A DNA stretch of 41,956 bases from Campylobacterota bacterium (GTDB lineage: Bacteria; Campylobacterota; Campylobacteria; Campylobacterales; Sulfurovaceae). Of this stretch, positions 37,129-41,956 are shown in pieces. The stretch is from the NCBI GenBank assembly GCA_030595845.1, contig JAUVCL010000001.1, positions 1-41,956 on the forward strand, given 5' to 3'. The position numbers were made by a program, and so were the translations under genes. Each line of letters begins with the position of its first letter. The first letter of the stretch is position 1. Under the pieces are notes generated by a model. It was not told where the DNA came from. It did not search any database and saw only the letters and a list, made by a program, of their open reading frames with translations.

Positions 37129-38667
37129 ATGAAACAAGTACCTATCCTAGTCTTAGACTTTGGTTCACAATATACACAACTCATTGCAAGAAAATTAAGA
37201 GAATCAGGTGTTTATACGGAAGTTGTTCCTTACCGTGAAAGCCTTGAAGATATCAAAGCAAGAAAACCACAGGGTATCATACTTTCTGGCGGACCTGCTT
37301 CTGTCTATGCAGAAGATGCTTATAGACCCGATGAAGGTATTTGGGAATTGGGTTTACCGATACTTGGTATCTGTTATGGTATGCAACTCATCACTCAACA
37401 CTTTGGTGCTTCTGTGGTACCCGCAGATCATCATGAGTATGGAAAAGCAAAACTTAAAATAGAAAATGATTCCAGTATCTTTAAAGGTGTGAATGATGAC
37501 AGCATTGTATGGATGAGTCATGGAGACAGAGCAGAAAGTATCCCTGAGGGATTTGAAGTAGTAGGTACCTCTGAAAACTCTCCTTATGCAGCTATCGCAG
37601 ATGATACACGTAAAGTGTATGCGTTTCAATTTCACCCGGAAGTACACCATTCTGTAGAAGGTACAGCCATGTTGAAAAACTTTGCAAAACACATTTGTGG
37701 TTGTGACAGTACATGGAACATGGGAAGCTTTGCAAAAGAGAAAATAGAGGGTATCCGTACACAAGTAGGAGATAAAAAAGTACTTTGTGGTGTAAGTGGA
37801 GGGGTTGACTCTTCAGTGGTTGCTGCGATGCTTAATGAAGCACTTCCAAAAGAACAACTCATCTGTGTCTTTGTAGACCAGGGACTTTTACGTAAAAATG
37901 AAGTAGAAGATGTACAAATTATGTTTAAAATGCTAGACATACCACTTATTACAGTAGATGCGAAAGCAGAGTTTATGGCTGCTCTTGAAGGTGTGTCAGA
38001 TCCTGAGACTAAACGTAAAGCAATCGGTGAAAAATTCATCGAAATCTTTGATGTTGAAGCTAAAAAGCATACAGATGTTGCCTTTTTGGCACAAGGGACA
38101 CTCTACACGGATGTGATCGAATCCGTTTCAGTTAAAGGTCCGTCAAAAACTATCAAGTCTCACCACAATGTAGGAGGACTACCGGATTGGATGACTTTTG
38201 AACTGGTTGAGCCACTTAGGGAGATCTTTAAAGATGAGGTTAGAAAACTGGGTCTTGAATTGGGGCTTCCTAAAGATATGATAGGCAGACACCCTTTCCC
38301 CGGACCGGGTCTTGCCATCAGAACAATGGGAGCAGTGACCGAAGAGGGCTTACACCTTATAAGAGAGTCAGATGCCATTATGCAAGAAGAACTTAGAGCC
38401 ACGGGGTATTATGACAAAGTATGGCAAGCCTTTACGGTACTTCTTAATGTACAGTCTGTAGGTGTCATGGGTGATAACAGAACTTATGACAATACCGTGT
38501 GTATCCGTATGGTGGAGTCTGTAGACGGGATGACTGCTACTTTTGCACATGTGCCTCATGATGTACTTGAAGGTATGAGCCGTATGATCATCAATGAGAT
38601 CGACGGTATTAACCGAGTTGTTTACGATATAAGTTCTAAGCCACCAGCAACGATCGAATGGGAATAA
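37129..38667 (+). CDS. guaA: GMP synthase (glutamine-hydrolysing)
   Basis: [46 protein letters not shown]. Confidence 0.98.
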   Translation: MKQVPILVLDFGSQYTQLIARKLRESGVYTEVVPYRESLEDIKARKPQGIILSGGPASVYAEDAYRPDEGIWELGLPILGICYGMQLITQHFGASVVPADHHEYGKAKLKIENDSSIFKGVNDDSIVWMSHGDRAESIPEGFEVVGTSENSPYAAIADDTRKVYAFQFHPEVHHSVEGTAMLKNFAKHICGCDSTWNMGSFAKEKIEGIRTQVGDKKVLCGVSGGVDSSVVAAMLNEALPKEQLICVFVDQGLLRKNEVEDVQIMFKMLDIPLITVDAKAEFMAALEGVSDPETKRKAIGEKFIEIFDVEAKKHTDVAFLAQGTLYTDVIESVSVKGPSKTIKSHHNVGGLPDWMTFELVEPLREIFKDEVRKLGLELGLPKDMIGRHPFPGPGLAIRTMGAVTEEGLHLIRESDAIMQEELRATGYYDKVWQAFTVLLNVQSVGVMGDNRTYDNTVCIRMVESVDGMTATFAHVPHDVLEGMSRMIINEIDGINRVVYDISSKPPATIEWE

Positions 38668-38788
38668 TTGATTTTATTTCACTTCATCTATACATGTTCT
38701 TTTCAGTCACTTACTATTAAGTAAGCTCTTTCAAGAGAACATGCACAGCTAAAGCAAACTAAAAAAAAATTATACTAAAAGGAAAATT

Positions 38789-39046
38789 ATGTGTATACCA
38801 CCTTATGTAAAATATATGCTTCTCTCTGTGACGGTGGGTATACTCGTCATATTTGCTATATTTTTTGAAAATCTTTTTTATGCAGTCCCTGCCATGATCT
38901 TTGCTATCATGCAAAGTCGAATGACATGTCCTAAATGTGGAGAGTCGATCCTTAAAACTAAAAATGGTTGGTATCTTTTTACCATGCGATCTACATGTCG
39001 TCACTGTGGATACGATACTATGGTGTGTGACAAGGATGAAAAGTAG
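38789..39046 (+). CDS. Small membrane protein with a C-terminal zinc ribbon
   Basis: Two hydrophobic segments then CPKC..CRHC; RBS aagga. Confidence 0.7.
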   Translation: MCIPPYVKYMLLSVTVGILVIFAIFFENLFYAVPAMIFAIMQSRMTCPKCGESILKTKNGWYLFTMRSTCRHCGYDTMVCDKDEK

Positions 39047-39632
39047 ACAATATCTTGCTTTAGGCATTATGCTCATTGCTTTTATCGCATTTATTTACGG
39101 TACGGTTAAAGTCTTAGATATCGTTAGCAGAACACAGGTAGGTACAAAAAACGGTACCTATACTTCTTATGTGACCACCTCTCAAGAGATAGAAGAGAAA
39201 GCAATAGCACTTTCAAAAAACTGTAAGAACAGATTTTGTCAAGTGCAAATGCTTTTAGATTTTGCAAGTAATATCCCTTATCAAACCAACACATTTCAAC
39301 AATACTCAGCACAAAAAACCATACAACAGAACTTTGGTGATTGTGATGATAAGAGTAATTTACTCATCTCCATGCTCCATGCATTAGAGATAGAAGCTTA
39401 TTTTGTGTTAGTTCCTAAACATATCTTTGTTATCGTTCCTTTGAAAGATAATAGGTTAAGTCAAAAAAGAGGGATATGGATTAATGGCAGAAAATTTTTT
39501 ATTTTAGAAAGTACGGCAAGAAACTCTGATATTGGATTTCCCTTACAGTATAAATTGAGTGATATAGATGTCATCATTGAGCCTTTCTCCAATGAAAAGA
39601 TGCCGATCAACAGTTTAGAATTCAAGCTTTAG
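39036..39632 (+). CDS. Membrane-anchored transglutaminase-like cysteine protease-fold protein
   Basis: N-terminal TM, GDCDDKSNLL, HIF, FILEST; start moved to ATG 39036. Confidence 0.75.
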   Translation: MKSRQYLALGIMLIAFIAFIYGTVKVLDIVSRTQVGTKNGTYTSYVTTSQEIEEKAIALSKNCKNRFCQVQMLLDFASNIPYQTNTFQQYSAQKTIQQNFGDCDDKSNLLISMLHALEIEAYFVLVPKHIFVIVPLKDNRLSQKRGIWINGRKFFILESTARNSDIGFPLQYKLSDIDVIIEPFSNEKMPINSLEFKL

Positions 39633-39687
39633 CGTATTTAAGCTATGATAAGTGAAACTATTTCCAAAATTTTATCAAGGACTTTAG

Positions 39688-40800
39688 ATGCATACTCCTC
39701 TCTATAGATATCTTTTATTATTTATTTTAATGACATTTTTTGCTCATGCAGGAGGGAATGTAGAACAAGAATCAGAAGAAGAGATCAAAGATACGATCGT
39801 GGTGCATGGTATGGTCTTGCATGGACAAGTCATGAGACTGGGGCCTAAGAAGCTTTCTTTTAAATTACTCTATAGTGAAGGTTTGAATCATATCGCGTAT
39901 AAAGATATTGATTCCATAGTTACTAAATATAATTATCATATCTCTTTTAAACGTATGGATATTGAAGGACGTGTTGTCGGTATAGAAGATAATAAGTATC
40001 TCAAAGTCATGGAAGGTGAAAATGAGAGAACCATTAAGATATCAGACATTGATAATTTTGTCATGGCAGTCAGTGATGATGCTTCCTTTGAAAACAGGAT
40101 ACGCAATAAATTCCCTTTTATTAAAGGAAATATTAATTTTGGTTTTGAGATAGAGAACAGTGGTAATCAAAAAAATGAATTAGATCTCTTGTTGAATTTA
40201 AGACATAAGCGGGCAGAACATGAGGTTTTACTGTATGTCAATTACGAACATGATACTTCAGAGACAGTAGATACAGATAAAGTGGTCAATAAAGATGAAC
40301 TGGTTGCTATTTTAAGTTATAAAAATCATTTCAAGAACGATCAATTTTATTTTGCCACTTTAGCAGGTGACTATGATCGCCCCAGACTTATAGAAAATCG
40401 TTGGATCCCTTCAGCAGGATATGGATATAGGTTTGAATTTGGTAAAAGTAAATGGTTGGAACCTTCTGCGGGTTTAGCCTATGTAGCAACAACCTATACA
40501 GAAGGTTTTTATCTTGATAAAAATTTTGCTGCGGCTTCATTTAACTTGACAGGTAAGTATCAAATAGATGATGTACCCTATATTAACAGGTTGATATTGG
40601 ATGGATTTTTGATGTATTATCCAAGCCTTGAACATCTTGCTGAAGATTGGGTATTGAGATCGAACCTGACTTTAGGGATCCCACTTTTTGATTTTTTCTC
40701 TGTCAAGCTCGCTTTTGATCTGAGAAATGACAGTAATCCTGACCCGAGTGTAGGAAATAACAAAACAACGACCAAATTGTTATTTGGAGTTGATTTCTAA
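39688..40800 (+). CDS. Outer membrane beta-barrel protein (DUF481-like)
   Basis: Signal peptide, SGN..EL, SAGYGY, DNDS-like RNDSNP, C-terminal GVDF. Confidence 0.75.
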   Translation: MHTPLYRYLLLFILMTFFAHAGGNVEQESEEEIKDTIVVHGMVLHGQVMRLGPKKLSFKLLYSEGLNHIAYKDIDSIVTKYNYHISFKRMDIEGRVVGIEDNKYLKVMEGENERTIKISDIDNFVMAVSDDASFENRIRNKFPFIKGNINFGFEIENSGNQKNELDLLLNLRHKRAEHEVLLYVNYEHDTSETVDTDKVVNKDELVAILSYKNHFKNDQFYFATLAGDYDRPRLIENRWIPSAGYGYRFEFGKSKWLEPSAGLAYVATTYTEGFYLDKNFAAASFNLTGKYQIDDVPYINRLILDGFLMYYPSLEHLAEDWVLRSNLTLGIPLFDFFSVKLAFDLRNDSNPDPSVGNNKTTTKLLFGVDF

Positions 40801-40865
40801 AATCAAAGTATCTCAAGCGAATTTGGGATGCTTGTGTTATAATATTTAAAAATTAGGACAACACT

Positions 40866-41198
40866 ATGAAACATACATTTTTACTGACGCTCTCTTCTTT
40901 CGTGGCAATCACACTCTTTACCGGATGTACCAGTCAAGTAGCTTCTCCAACGCTAAGCAGCTCAGATAAAGAGGAAGAGTGTTTGAGTCTTGATAAAAAA
41001 CTGATAAAAGTGGATCAATTTCTTGAAGTAGTGAATAGTAATAGTGCTTTCCATTTAGATGAAGCAGCAACTGCTATACCTACACCACATATCACAGACA
41101 GTAACAATAAGCCCAGAATGCTCAAAGATGGAAATAAAAAAAGAGCAGACCTTTTAGAAGAGAGACAAAAACTGGGATGTGAGCCTATTCAAGAATAA
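40866..41198 (+). CDS. Hypothetical lipoprotein
   Basis: Lipobox FTGC; two further Cys. Confidence 0.78.
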   Translation: MKHTFLLTLSSFVAITLFTGCTSQVASPTLSSSDKEEECLSLDKKLIKVDQFLEVVNSNSAFHLDEAATAIPTPHITDSNNKPRMLKDGNKKRADLLEERQKLGCEPIQE

Positions 41199-41199
41199 A

Positions 41200-41694
41200 C
41201 TATGATTTGAACATTTTAGGATAAATGAAAAAATCCAGTGTTGTGTTTTCGGGTTTAAATTGCTCCCACTCTTGAACAGATATATTGAGTGAAACAATAC
41301 CTAATGTAGGTACATTATAGATAGTGTCATCTGCTATGAGATTTGTTAATTCAGTGGTTTCCGGATTGTGCCCAACAATAAAGACAGTCTCATATTTGTC
41401 TTTGATCTCTTTAATGATCTTAATGATCTCCTGAGGATCTGCAAAATAGAGTGCATTCATATATTTTATTTTTCTCTTGTAGTTAATATTTTTGGCTAAG
41501 CCCTTTGCTGTAAGCATGGCTCTTGTCGCAGAACTCGAAAGTATAATGTTAGGCATGATCTCTTTTTTGTTCAGTATTTCTGCCATAGTAGTGATGGCTT
41601 TTTTCCCTCTTGTGTTAAGACCTCTCTCAAAATCACCTTGAGATGCGTCACTCCAGTCTGATTTAGCATGTCTGATAAGATATAGTTTTTTCAT
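41200..41694 (-). CDS. sixA: Phosphohistidine phosphatase SixA family
   Basis: LIRHAKS, RGLN.RG, SSSATRA..T, VGHNP. Confidence 0.88.
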   Translation of the reverse strand: MKKLYLIRHAKSDWSDASQGDFERGLNTRGKKAITTMAEILNKKEIMPNIILSSSATRAMLTAKGLAKNINYKRKIKYMNALYFADPQEIIKIIKEIKDKYETVFIVGHNPETTELTNLIADDTIYNVPTLGIVSLNISVQEWEQFKPENTTLDFFIYPKMFKS

Positions 41695-41735
41695 AGGTCT
41701 ATTATAGCCATAATGATAGGTTTTTTAAAATACCC

Positions 41736-41762
41736 ATAGTTTAGTCAGTGTCACTAAACTAT
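41736..41762. promoter_or_regulatory. Perfect inverted repeat, HAIR-like candidate HspR operator
   Basis: ATAGTTTAGT-N7-ACTAAACTAT just upstream of TTGTAA-N17-TATAAT (41776-41804) of htpG. Confidence 0.65.
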
Positions 41763-41837
41763 CTTTCGCATAAACTTGTAATATTTCCTAAAATAGACTA
41801 TAATCGCACAAAAATAATTCCATACAGGAGCAATACC

Positions 41838-41956
41838 ATGGCAAAACATCAGTTTCAAACAGAAATAGGGCAACTTTTAAAGCTTATGACACACTCTCTT
41901 TACTCGAACAAAGAGATATTTATACGAGAACTTATATCAAATTCGAGTGATGCGCT
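41838..41956 (+). CDS. htpG: Chaperone HtpG (Hsp90), 5' fragment running off the window
   Basis: [39 protein letters not shown]; RBS aggag. Confidence 0.95.
   Translation, partial: MAKHQFQTEIGQLLKLMTHSLYSNKEIFIRELISNSSDA

Noticed and set aside
849-38719. Shared 12-mer CACTTACTATTA downstream of murI and of guaA
   Set aside because: Short and AT-rich, with flanks that do not extend the match; compatible with chance
8395-39035. Longest-ORF starts for kdsA (8395), ribH (9353), adhesin (22146), nhaD (35318) and the transglutaminase-like gene (38937)
   Set aside because: The extensions overlap neighbours or repeats; downstream ATGs have better SD/coupling and match family N-termini
217-39312. 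Numerous 60-170 aa antisense or alternate-frame ORFs (e.g. 4324-4827, 25023-25514, 33758-34075, 37632-38039)
   Set aside because: Shadows of well-supported genes, with no SD or recognisable motifs
38640-41956. Integrated element at the guaA 3' end
   Set aside because: No integrase and no duplicated guaA 3' sequence found in the window

Overview
This window looks like core chromosome of a Campylobacterota (epsilonproteobacterial) bacterium, probably Sulfurovum-like; this is inferred from gene content and order, not from a search. Housekeeping genes: murI, trpS, der, mscS, kdsA-ribH-nusB, mqnC-M16 peptidase-recG, hpf, bamD-lon, uvrC, nadB-nhaD, guaA, sixA and the 5' end of htpG. The non-coding layer is unusually rich. 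(1) Three c-di-GMP-I (GEMM-I)-type riboswitches: a divergent one before two exported rhodaneses (~945-1025), a compact one before a PAS/Hpt/NIT-kinase/receiver phosphorelay (~31295-31375), and one before an adhesin plus four-pilin cluster (~22205-22450) whose P3 loop holds a 173-nt symmetric, G-U-rich rod hairpin. (2) Two families of REP/REPIN-like palindromic repeats. One doublet sits in frame inside recG, and several REPs carry a nested 43-bp micro-element flanked by a 4-bp direct repeat; a fourth copy of that element appears to have rebuilt the mqnC start. (3) An unannotated 48-codon hydrophobic ORF in a heavily self-paired transcript with duplicated anti-SD sequences and an internal antisense -10 box, resembling a type I toxin-antitoxin locus. 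No rRNA, tRNA, CRISPR array, integrase or transposase was seen. All RNA structures were paired by eye; no folding or database search was run.
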